Shown: piece after piece, positions 1 to 11,464 of the stretch
How positions within the stretch are numbered: position 1 is the first letter of the stretch
Layout of the letters: each line of letters opens with the position of its first letter
Notes under the pieces: generated by a model
Databases searched by the model: none
What the model saw: the letters and a program-made list of their open reading frames with translations, nothing else
Told to the model about the DNA's origin: nothing
Translations under genes and position numbers: made by a program
DNA from: Peribolospora baueri
Taxonomy: Eukaryota
DNA length: 35,676 nt
Assembly (NCBI GenBank): GCA_029717555.1
Contig: JAMDHS010000134.1
Span: forward strand, 1-35,676
Direction of reading: 5' to 3'

Positions 1-1
1 G

Positions 2-33
<32 letters not shown>

Positions 34-105
34 CCTTTGGACGGTTCGCATCGCGTAAATGCCCTGGATGGACAGCTCACATCGTGCATGGTGGCTGCCG
101 GGCAG

Positions 106-864
106 GTTTGTACCATCGGAAGAAGCGCGAAAGACGTCGACGCTGTCGGGTGCCGGCTCGGACATCGTAGCCGTCTACCGCAAACGGGACGACGCGCCGG
201 ACTCGGGCGGCTTGGGCTCGTCTGCGGGGGGGAACGGGAACGGGGACGGGAACGGGCGCGGGAGCACGAGCACGGTTCGGTACCTCGTCGTGGACGGTGT
301 GGACGCGCTGAGCAAGCTTGGGGGCGAGCCTTGGTGAGCGTCGGCGTCGGGGCGGATGAGGTGGGCGTGGTGGGCGCTAACGACATGTTTGTGTTTTTTT
401 CTTACCGGTCAACAAAAGGGACCGGGTGGTATGCGTGCTGACGACGGGACAGGCGTGGCAGTTCCGACCTTACAAGTGGTCCGAGCCGAAAGAGCTCTTC
501 CATCATGGTGAGGCCGGGTGTCGTGTTGTCTTTCGTCTTTCGTCTTGCTCTTCGCGGGCTGATCGCATGCGCATACGACCGCCAGTCAAAGGGGTACACA
601 TCTCGTGGACGAACGACGCTGCGAACCCGAACGTGAAGGACTGGAACGTGACGGAGCTGAAGGTGAGCGTGCGCGAAACGCGAATTTTTTTTTTCTTTTC
701 CACAGTCCGTCTTGGGGCGACGTGCGCTTCCCTTACCATCCCTGTTTTCTTCTTTCTTTTCCTTTTTTCCACTCTGGCCTGGCATGCAGGTGGATCGGAC
801 GCGGCGACACCTGGACAAGTCGACGGTGGCGCAGTTCTGGAGGACGCTCGAGGGGTGGCATTAG
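106..864 (+). CDS. CDC73: Paf1 complex subunit Cdc73/parafibromin, C-terminal part (5' truncated by contig end)
   Basis: Exons 106-333, 419-507, 586-662 and 790-864 with GT-AG introns splice in frame to ...YLVVDGVDALSKLGGEPW-DRVVCVLTTGQAWQFRPYKWSEPKELFHH-VKGVHISW...VKDWNVTELK-VDRTRRHLDKSTVAQFWRTLEGWH*. This matches the Cdc73 C-terminal domain signature (WDRVV.V.TTGQ.WQF..YKW). Confidence 0.93.
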
Positions 865-1934
865 GTTGTGCGGTGTCATGAACGGAATGGATGGGATGGG
901 ATGGGATGGGTCGAGTGGCTGTTGGCTGTGGGCCGGCGAGGGGTTCTGGGTTCATGTATGTATGCATGTATTATGTATGTCCATGAGCCCGTCGGCCCCA
1001 TTACTGCATGTGCGCCGGAGCGAGCGCAAGCAAGCCGTCCGTCGTCGTCGGCGAGGCAAGCAAGAACGAGCGAGTCGATCAGGCACTGAGATCCACGTGC
1101 GCGCCATGCGCGACGGACGGACGGATGACGGATGGATGACGGGTGAACGGGACAGACGGTCGGGTCGGACGGTCGGGTGCGGCTGTTTCTGGCTCGGATC
1201 CGTGGGCGTGGGAGTGGGAGCGGGAGCGGGAGGGAGGGTGGCGATTGGGTGTAGGCAGGCCAGGCGGGGGGATGTTCTCGGGGAGGTGTCGGTGAATGTG
1301 GGCGTGGCGAGGAAGGAAAAATAAAATAAAATAAAAAAATAAAAAAGGATGGAGGCCGTCTGTCCGAAAGGGTGGCTGGAGTGGTAAAACGACGACATCG
1401 TACGTACGGGCCCTTGCTTCCTTCCCGCCTCGCTCACAGCGTCCCACCAGGAGCGAAAAAAAAAAAGGCAACTCGCACAGACTCCGTCCTGCTGCGGCTG
1501 CTATTTGGTGGGTGGTGCTGCGGCTGCTGCGGCGATGGCGGCGGCGACGGATTCGCCGACGACGGACGGAGCGAGCCACGCGAGTCGTCGACCGTCGACA
1601 GTCGAGTCGAGAGTTGACCAGTCGAGGTAGGCTCCGCGCTGACTGGCTCAAGTCGGATCCGTGCGCGAAAGAAAAAGAGTGAAGCAAGTAAGCTAAGCCG
1701 CGGCCTCGCTCCGTCCAGTCTCGCTCAGTCGCGCCCCGGTCTCGCTGAGTCTCAAGTTGTTCTTGTTCTTGTTCTTGTTCTTCTTCGTCGATCTCATCTA
1801 ACCCCTCCTTCCTTCGGCCCGCTCGCCCTCCTCGTCACTTCCACCTCCTTCCCACCTCCATCGCCTCCCTCCTCCTCCCCCTCCCATCACCCACCCTCCT
1901 CCTCACCCCGTCCTCCGCAGGCCGCCGTTCGACA

Positions 1935-4900
1935 ATGGCCTCCATGGCGGACGACGGCGGCCAAGACGCCACGGCCACTGACACCGACGCCCATCCATAT
2001 CCACGCCCGCAAGCTGCTCACTCCGCACTTGGTCACTCGGCGCCGTCGCCGATACCACCACCGCCGCCCGTGGAGCCTCCGGCAACACGACCACCACCAT
2101 CATCATCACCGGCCGACACCATGACCGCCGCGCTCGCAGCGACGGCGACAGCGCCTCCCCTCCCAGGCTCTCCTCGAGATCTCTCATATCGCCGCCTCGA
2201 CCAGGACCAGGGCCAGCGCCAAGGACAAGGACAACGACAAGGACAACGACAACCACAACTACAACGAAGCCTGGGCACGTCTGGCTTCGGCGCCGCTCCT
2301 GGCTGGTGGACCGCCGGACAGGAACCGTCGGCCTTGGGCGCCGGCGACGAGTCGATGTGAGTCCCTTCCTTCTTCTCGCGTTCGTCGACCTCTTCGCAAA
2401 CGTCGTTCTCCTTTGTCCTCGCCTCGCCAGCGACGCAACCCGCCGCGCCTATCCCTTTCACCCCTCTGCCTTTTACAACCCTCCCCACCACAACGAATAC
2501 AGGAGGGCCTCCGAGGGCCTCATCCACGCCCACCGCCCTCCCTCCTTCGCCCTCGCCCGCGCCCAACCGCCCGGTCTCTTCGGTCCTCATCCACCACCGC
2601 CCTTTTCCTCTCCCTCCCATCTCCCTGCTGCGACGCCCGCTCTGCCCGCCCCAGAATACAGGTTCCCTCCTCCCCCGCGCCACGCTTCGCCTTCCCATCG
2701 TCCCCCGTCACGCGCATCCCCGTCGGCAGCCCGAACCGGCACTCCCAGTCCCACCCACAGCTTGACCCACGATTCCCGCCCCTACCTGGACGGCCATGAC
2801 CGTCCCGACCCACGCTGGGCCGCTTACCGGTCCAGGTCTTCTGCAGCCACCGTCATGCCTCCGCTCGCCCCCGCTGCCGTTTGGCCCCCTCCCGGAGCCG
2901 ACGCCGGCCAGGACGCGCATGGAGGTTGGGGATGGGGATGGGCCCTCTTGGAACATCACCAACACCACCCGCCGCCGTTGAACGAGATCCGCAGGGGTAG
3001 TCTGCCCATCATGCACCTCTGGGGCTACGGCGCCGGCGCTGGCCTCACCAAGGCCGACGCCGCGCCCGCCGTGTCGAGCCCCGTGACGGCACATGCGGAA
3101 CGCATGGAGAGCTCCTCTTCCGAGACCTCATCCCTTCTCGCCGCTAGGACGCTCTCCGTCAAGGGCGGTGGTGGTGGTAGCAGCGGCAGCGAGAGGGACT
3201 CGCGTACCCCGCCCGAGGCAAAGTCGCAGCCACCACCACCACTACCACCACCTCTTTCTCAACAACAACAGCAGCACCAGGTCCACTCCGATTTGGACGT
3301 CACTCCCAAGGGCGACGCCTTCGTCGACCCCGGTCGCAGAGGTTCCGCCTCCTCTGGCCCGCTCGACATCCCTAGGAGAGGCGGCAGCCCGCATTTCCGA
3401 ACCCAGGTCGGACGGCCGCACGCGCATCACCGTCATGCGCTCGAGGAGGAAGAAGACGCGCGACAAAGGGAACGGGAGCGCGACCGTCGGTTGGGAGGTC
3501 CTGGTTCCAATGTCGCTGGTGCTGTCCCCGCCAGCATCGGCGAGTGTGTAGGCGAGCAAGAGCTACGGCTCGACTTGGATGACTTTGATCTCGGAGGCGA
3601 CTCGCCGCCGAGGTCAACGCCTCCTTCCGGTTTGATCAGATCGCTCGACCGCGCCACCACCACCACCGCCGCCGTCAAAGGAGCGGAGCTTGCGAGCGCG
3701 CCGTCGGGCCGCGCGGAGGACCTTGAGGACAGCTTCATCTCCCACGTGCGCAGTTGGGACAGTCCCCCCGCGTCCATCCGGTCCGCCGGACCCGCGTTCG
3801 GTCTCGACATGGATCAGCTGATGGGCCGTGGCTCGAGTCCGAGCCCGAGCACCAGCACCAGCACCAGCACCAGCGATCGACGAACACGACAGCGTGCCTC
3901 CGCCACGTCCGGCCTCGCTTTGGACGACGATGACCCCGCCGGCGGTCTCCTCGGCGGCTTCGCTTCTTTGGGCCTCGCGTCTGAATCGCCGCCCCGCCTT
4001 CGTCAGGCCATCGCCCCCTGGGACCAAGGCGAGACGCAGGATACGGTCGACTCGCATCTGCTCGCCGACGGCGATGCCATCGACGAAGCCGAAGCCGAGG
4101 CCGCTCGCAGAGTCGCACAGTGGCGCCTCGTGCCCCGCGCCGTTCCCTTGTCCTCCCTCACCGAATCGCCCTCCGGTTCCGGTTCCGGTTCCGGTTCCTT
4201 CGCCAGCGCGATGACCGCTTTCGACGACGATGCGCGCGAGTCGATGCGCGCGTGGAGGTTGGAGAGGGCCGACGGCCGCAAAGGCGGATGGACCGTCGTC
4301 GCCGGGGCTGGGGCCGGGACCGGGACCGGGACCGGGAGACGGCTCGGCGCGGCGCCTGCTGCGCGTGCGTCTACAACCTCGCGCACTTCTGACAGGGCGG
4401 CGACGCCGACGCAGTACGTCGTCGCGCCTTTGAGGCCCGCCGGCGCCGCGTCCGCATCGCCCAGCTTGATCCTCTGCGAACGTGACGCGACGACCGCCGA
4501 CGGGGCCGAAGGCCTGGCGGCCAAGAGCGGAAGCGGAAGAGGCGGCGGTCGGAGTAATAAAGCGTGGGACGTTCGCTATGCCGCCCGAACGAACCGCCGC
4601 CTGTCCCCCTCGCCTTCACCCTCTCTTTCCTCGACGCCCCCTCCTCCCGCCCGCTTCCTCCTCGCCCCGCCTGACGTCCTCCGCGCTTATCAGCAGCAGA
4701 TCCTCGTCCGAAGACGCGCCTCCGCCGTACCGCCCTCCTCCACGCCCTGGGATCACCACGACCACGGCCATGGCTCCGAACCTCGGCATAGCCCGCCGCC
4801 GCTACCGCTCCGTCGCGTCCAGAGTCGCCCGATGCTGGAGAGAAACGCCGCCGACTCGGGCCCCTCCCGGGGGGCGCCCTTGTCGGGTTTGCCGGCGCTT

Positions 4901-7321
4901 GCGGCGATGACCGTCCAGCAGAGGAGGAGATCTGTCGACGTTCATCATCATCACCATCATCATCATTCGAATGCGATGGCTAGATTCGCCGCACCTGCCT
5001 TCCTCCGAGATGATCCTTCCGCACCCGGTCATTTCCACCTCCCTCACCTCCCCCACCACCAGTCGCATGCCCGCGCTAGCCCTCCTCCTTTCCAGCGTCT
5101 CTCCGCCGCTCAGCAGCCCATCGTGCTTGATAGCGACAAGAGCAGCCCCGGCAGCCTGAGCGCTGCGACGAGCGCCGGCGCGTCTTCTTCCCTTCGTCAT
5201 TCGCCCCTTGCTTCCTCCGTCCCGCTCCTTCAACCGGCCTCGTTTGTCGACACCGATCCGGGAGACTCCTCCTCCGCCTCCGCCGCCGCCACTGCCGCTG
5301 CTGCCGCTTCCGGATTTTCATGGAAAGGCTTGACGACGAGCGGCGGCAGAAAGGACAGTCGGATCGCCGAGTGGATCAAGAGGCGTCTGCCGTCGGCCGC
5401 AAGGTCGCCCGCGAGCTCTCCGCCCAGCGGCGAGAGCTTCATGTCATCCTCCACCTCGTCCGGCGGTACCGCCTGGCAACAGCCGTCGTCCCTCTTCTCT
5501 GGCTCTGGCTCTGGCTCCGGCATCGGCATCGGCATCGCCGCCGGACGCTCCCATCCCGCCGCCGCCGGTATGGCCCTCTCTGGCTCTCTTGGCTCTGGCT
5601 CCGGCTTCGGATACGGATACGGATATGGCTCTGGATATGGCTCTGGCTCCGGCTTTGGCGCCGGGGGTTGGAGTCTTGGCACGGATATCACTCCTGATCA
5701 CCCTCCCTCTATCAAAGACGGCGGCGCCCGTCCTCCCTCTATCAAGGACGGCCCTCCCTCCATCAAAGACGGCGGCGGTGCCGACTCGGGCGGCCCGTAC
5801 CTGTCCGACGTCTCTCGGTCCGCCTTTGTCGACGCCGCAAAGAGCTGGGGCGACGCTGCCGCCGCCGCCGCCGTCGGTGGTCCGGGCCGCGCGGGAAAGC
5901 CGTCGTCGTTGGGTTGGAAATGGCCGCCTCCGCCGCCGACGTTGGCGATTAAGGATCGGGACGCCGGTCGTGGATTGGCTTTGTCGCGGGGCGGAAGGAC
6001 GTACAAGCCGTCGGCGCAGGAAGAGAGCGAGCTGGACGACGAGGCCGTCGCTGTCGCCACCGGCGCGCAGCATTCGCCACGTCCTCATCTTGTCCTGGAG
6101 ACGACGACGACCACCAACACGACCACCAACACGACCACCGCCACGACCCGTCCGCCGTCCTTCGAGTCCCCCGCTCCCCCTATGAACGCCGCCGCCGGCG
6201 ACAAGGCCGTCCCCTCTTCGCACTCGGACCTGAAACGCTTCGCCAGTCTTTCCGCAACAAAGTCGCTCCTGCGCAAGCGCATCAGCGGCTCCGGCGGTCT
6301 GTTTGGAATCGGCGGAGGCACCAGTTCCGATTCGAGTCGCAGCGGCGCCGGAGTCGGGAAGGGGACCGCCGGGGGGACGACGGACGAGGATCCGTCGTTC
6401 TCTGCCGGGTTGCCCTGGCCATGCTCGTCGGAGAGGGACCCGCTTTTTTGGATCCTGGATCAGGTCCCGCGCGACGCGCTCACCATGCTCGTTCCCCTCG
6501 CCGCCCTCCGTCCCGAGTCGCGTGGCCGTTACGTCCGCTTGAGCTTTGTGCCGTTTAGCGGCCCTCCCCCGCGCTCGCCCCTCTCGCCAGGTCGCGGCCT
6601 CGGGCAGTCGGCCAAGAGGTCTTCGTCGCTCAACCGGGTGAGCGACTTGCTCTCTGATACCATCGCCGGCCTCGCCGCGCCGTCATCCTCGTCATCCTCG
6701 TCTGGAGGAGGCGCCGCCCTAGCGTCGCTTTCGCTTTCCGCCGCCCCGACGTCTTGGTTCCGAAAGATCAAGGGAAAAGCCCCGCCCGCGCCTGGCTCGG
6801 CCACCCCGTCTTCCCCCTCCGGCAGCCCCTCCGCCGCGCTCGGAGGAGCGTCCCCGACGAGCGGGCCGCTTCCCCTCCCGGACGTCGTCGACGACGCGCC
6901 TCGGTCTCACTTGCCCCCTCCCTCCGTCACGACCGGCTTCGGCGGCGGCGGCGGTGGCACCGGTGTCGGCCGACGTCTCCCCACCCGATCCCACACCGAC
7001 TCGAGTAGCCATGGCCACACCTCGTCGTCGCCCACGAACGCCTTCCAAGCCTTCCGCGTCACGGCCCTGCTCTTGTCCGACGACGCCGACGACGCCGACG
7101 GCCAGCACTTCCCCACGGTAATCGCCCTTTGCGACTCGAAGGGCATAGAGTTCATCCCTGAGGGATTGCAGTGTCTCTCTTCTGCTCCTGCTTCCGTTTC
7201 CGCTGGCGACGGATTAGCCGCCGCCACCAGAGGGACGAGGTCGGGATCCGGGACGGAGATGGTCAAGAAGGTCATGGACCTGGCCGTCGCCGGTTGCGTG
7301 GCCGTCATGCGGCTTTATTAG
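1935..7321 (+). CDS. Large low-complexity (S/P/G/A-rich) hypothetical protein, ~1,750 aa
   Basis: Exon 1 is 1935-2356. Intron 2357-2502 (GTGAGT...TACAG) joins in frame (AT|G) to a stop-free exon 2503-7321. The protein is mostly disordered, with a few ordered-looking C-terminal blocks (LDQVPRDALTMLVPL, YVRLSFVPF, FRVTALLL, FPTVIALCDSKGIEFIPEGL). Confidence 0.8.
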
Positions 7322-8133
7322 AAGTCCGAGTGGGCTCCTTCCTTCCTTCGACTCGGTCCATCTCGACGACTGCGAAACGGGAAAACGAAAAAAAAAAAAT
7401 ATGGATACCATTATAGTACACACGCAACCATATTCTTCCCCCTCTCCGACTCGTTTCTGGGGCAGCGCACGTTTTGTCTGTTCTGATACCATCGTCTGTC
7501 CGTCTGTCTCTCTGTTTCTTTTCTTTTCTCTCTCCCTTTCTCTTCTCTTTTCTGTCACTCCCGCGCGCGCGCCTGTGCCCGCTCTCCTCCTCGGTCGTCC
7601 CTGCCCAGGGTCGTCATCTTCTCTTCATGTCACTCCGATGTGCATCCCCCCGCCCGCAACATGTATCGAGGTATATACCCACCATCCTTCCGCCCCGCTC
7701 GACCGCTCGACCGCTCGACCGCTCGCTCGCACTCTCCCCTCGTCCCGCCGGCCGCGTCGACAGGCGGCCGTCGTCGTCGTCGAGCCAGGTGCGATGTCGC
7801 GTCAATCCATGTAGCCCATCTTTGTTCGTGTGCGACTGCTATGCTAGAACTTGTCGCCACAGTCGCCCGGCTGGCTGTCTGTCTGTCTCGGTGACGGTGC
7901 GAATGAATAACAAGTTTGTTCCCGACGTCCCATTCCGATCGATCGATCAGCTGCTGCTGTTGGTCGTCGGACCGACTGACGCTGGTGGACCGAACCACGT
8001 GGCCGTCTGTCTGTCCGTGCGAGGTCGTACGAGGTCACCGCCAGACACGAACGACCAAATCCATCCATCCTTCCCCCACCATATCTTCCCTTCTTCGCCT
8101 TTCTCACCTCCACCCTCCCGCTCGCCCGTCATC

Positions 8134-10030
8134 ATGCCCTCCTCTTCTTCCGCACCAACAACACCGCCAAACCTCTCCAACCTCCCTCAAAAGTTCTCCT
8201 CCGCCCTCGCCAACATCCGCACAAAGCTTCCCCCCGAGCTCGCAGAGCCGCGCGTGGGAATCGTTTGTGGATCGGGGTTGGCGGGCTTGGCGGAGAGTTT
8301 GAGGGATGTGGTGGAGGTGGAGTATGCGGAGATTGAGGTGTGTTTCATCCTTTCTTTCGTTCCTTCGTTTCTTCGTTCCTTCGTTTCTTCGTTCCTTCGT
8401 TGTGCCCCCTTCTGAAGCCGGTCGACTTGGCTTTTCTTTCTCTCCCTCTGCCTCTGCCTCGGCTTGGCTTGGCTCGGCTCGACTCGGCTCGGCTTGGCTT
8501 GGCTGGCCTTTCGCAGGGATTCGTCAAGAGCGGCGTCGCGGGCCACAAATCCAAGCTCGCCTTTGGCTTTCTTGGCGAGAAGAAGCGAGTGCCCGTCGTC
8601 GCTTGCTTGGGCCGCTTCCATCGGTGAGAGCCCCCGTAGACCCGCCCCGCCCGTCCACTCTGCTCCGTTCGAGATCCTGCATCATCATGTCATCCATTCG
8701 CACGAACGTGCTTCTCTACCTACGAACCTGTGTCGGTTGAGGGTATGGTTGCACTCTATAATTAAATAGAATAGACCCTTATTTTTTCTTGTACCTTTTG
8801 CTCGCTCACTGACTGGCTCGGCTCTTGCACCTTGCCTTTCCTCAACTATTTAGGTACGAAGGTTACCCGCTCGAAGATGTCGTCTTTCCCGTCCGCGTTT
8901 TCAAGCTGCTCGGATGCCAGGCGGTGATCAGTGAGTCTCCTTTTCGTTTTTTTCCTCTTCCCACGTCTTGACTCATCCTTTCCCGTCATCCACAATCCGA
9001 CGTCCGAACCCCGTTCTCTATCCCTCCCTAGTCACCAACGCCGCCGGGGCATTGAACCCCGAGTTCGAAGTGGGCACGATCGTCGCTGTCTATGATCATT
9101 TTGCCCTTCCCGCATTGACGGTGAGCAGAACGCCCGACCGCGCCGACCGCTCACGTTCAGCCAACGTTCCCCCGCCACTCATTTCGTCTCTCCGTCCGTC
9201 TTTCAACTCGCATACTACACCAGGGATCGAACCCTCTCCTGGGCGCCAACCTGGACGAGCTAGGCACTCGTTTCCCTTCCATATCCGATGCCTACGACTT
9301 TGACCTTCGTCTCTCTGCCTTTCGCGCCGCTCGGGACATCGGTCTCGCCGACGACGCTCTCGCCGAGGGAACTTACGCGTGGGTCACCGGGCCTACGTAC
9401 GAGAGTCGGACGGAGTGTAGGTTCTTGCGCGCCGCTGGCGCGGACCTGGTCGGCATGAGCACCGTGCCCGAGGTCATTGCCGCCAAGCACGCTGTGAGTT
9501 CCGACGTTGCCCCCACGCCCGCAGGATATGGCTTTGTTCTTCTCTCTCATCGCATTTGGCTGAACCTCAAACGTTGACCTGCCCCCCCCCCGGGCCGTGT
9601 GCGCTCGTTCGTCTCTTCCCTTCTCCAAGGGCATACGCGTGCTCTGCCTCAGTCTGGTGACCAAGTGAGTCAGTCCGTCGCTGCCGTCGGGATCTTCGGC
9701 CTCCTCAAAGGCCTTGTTGCTTCACAGAGGCACGACCATCGAGCCTGGACGCTCCCTTCTGTTCTGACTTGCTCCACGTTCCTGGTCATCTGACTCGATT
9801 CGGAACCCTTCCCGTTCGCGCAACACAGCAAGGTCGTGGCGAGCCCGCCCCGCTCGGCCCGCAAAGCCTTTCAAGCCGAGCTCAGCGGCGGCGGGAACGT
9901 CGACGGTCTTGCGGAGCCGGCGAAGAAGGAGGACCACGCGAACCATGCGGAGGTGCTCGCGGCGGGCGCGGCCAAGGCGGAGGACATGCGCAGGCTCGTG
10001 GAACGAATCGTGGAGACTGCTGACGTTTGA
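8134..10030 (+). CDS. PNP1: Purine nucleoside phosphorylase (trimeric, inosine/guanosine type)
   Basis: Exons 8134-8337, 8517-8623, 8854-8930, 9032-9120, 9224-9493, 9630-9664, 9829-10030. Motifs GIVCGSGL, GRFH.YEG, TNAAGALN, GPTYES..E, GADLVGMSTVPEV, LSLVTN, NHAEVL. Confidence 0.96.
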
Positions 10031-10326
10031 TCTGGCGCTTCGCTCGCCGCCTCGCTGGCCCATGACCCGTGGCCGGTGTGTAGATGAATACGTATGTGTG
10101 TGCGTGAGGGAATGAGTAGAAGACGATCAGGTCGGGTCCGGTGATGCATCCATCCATGCTTCTTTTTTTTCTTTACAACGACTGCGAGCGCCAAACGAGG
10201 ACGTCGAGCCAGAACTCATGACATCCTCGAGCGAGTAAATTCTTAATGTTTCGAACAGGTATGGCCCTACGAACAGGGCGACGAGGCTTGGCCGCGCCAA
10301 CTGACGTCCACCCTGCCACTTTGACT

Positions 10327-11202
10327 TTACGCATCCGATTGCTCTCCACCTGCTCCGAAATGGCTGCCGGGCGACGCGTCGTCCTCGTCGCCGTTCCGGG
10401 TCGCGTCCCCTCGCCCCGTCGGACCTAAACCGCCGCCATCGACGCTCGCCGCCTCCTCCACCGGCTTCCCCTCTAGTCGTCGAAGTCGCACCTCCACGTA
10501 CCGTTCTACCACCCGAAGCTTCTTCGTCTCCTCGGGAGACGAATATTGAAGTACTTGCAGCGCCTCCTGGGAAGTGAATCGGTCGGCGCCAAAAAAAAAA
10601 AGCCGAGGGCCGGAGACGGTCATCAGAGGGGTGAGGTACACATGTGGGAACGAGAGTGAGGACCCACCTTGGACTCTCGCACACACTCCCAGAACCGGCT
10701 TCGGGCCGCTTGGCACATGGTCATCCTTCGTTCCCACTTTGGGTCCGGAGAACGGAATGACGGCACCGATGAAAACGCCGCCAAAGAAATGAGAAAAAAA
10801 TCGGAGAGGGGGAAAGAGAGGTCAACTCACGAATGGCCCATTCCTCAGACACTCCCTCAGCTCGGCCTCCATAGGGCTGCAGATCTCCTGGCTCGCCATG
10901 CGCTGAGCGGTCCTCGCCGTCGTCGGGTCGAACATGGACTCTGCCGGGGACGGCCATGGCGCCTCGTGCTCTTGTTCCCGTGGCACCTGATATGGTGTCT
11001 GAGCGCGGGGGGGCGGAGGCGCTCGCGCTTCCTCCCTAGCGTGACCAGACTGTCCTGATACTGACGAAGATGCGGGCGGCTTAGTAGGAGAGGTCGAACG
11101 AGGCGACTGTCCTGACGGAACGGAGGGCCGAGCCGAGGCGAGGAAAGCGTCCACATCCTTGTCGCCGCTTGAGGGCTGAGAGGCGGACGTGAAGGGCCAC
11201 AT
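10327..11202 (-). CDS. Twin CX9C (CHCH-like) protein, probable mitochondrial intermembrane-space protein, 226 aa
   Basis: Exons 11202-10831, 10736-10668, 10566-10327, all phase 0. Translation MWPF...EICSPMEAELRECLRNGPF-WERRMTMCQAARSRFWECVRESK-EALQVLQY... contains two CX9C motifs 13 aa apart. Confidence 0.8.
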
Positions 11203-11464
11203 CGCTGTCCACGAATGACCCACAGCGCGGCGTCTGTTGCTCGATAGATCTACCTTTGAGGGGCTCGTTCGGACGTGCGACGAGCTCGGCCACGTTCGTC
11301 GTTCGCTCTTGCACTCCGACCTCGGTCGACGGTGATGATCGCAGACGCGCGCACGGGCCACAACCGGCTAACCGACCGCAGCGCCTCCCTCCTTGTTGTG
11401 CCCAGGCGGCTATCTGGAAGGAAACGGAGTGGCATCGCACCTCGACCGTGTTGGCGTCGTGCGA

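Noticed and set aside
8739..8780. Hairpin (AGGGT...ACCCT around TCTAT/ATAGA) in the long PNP1 intron 2 as an intronic snoRNA or riboswitch
   Set aside because: No convincing H/ACA or C/D boxes and no TPP aptamer motifs. An Rfam/Infernal scan would be needed to revive it.
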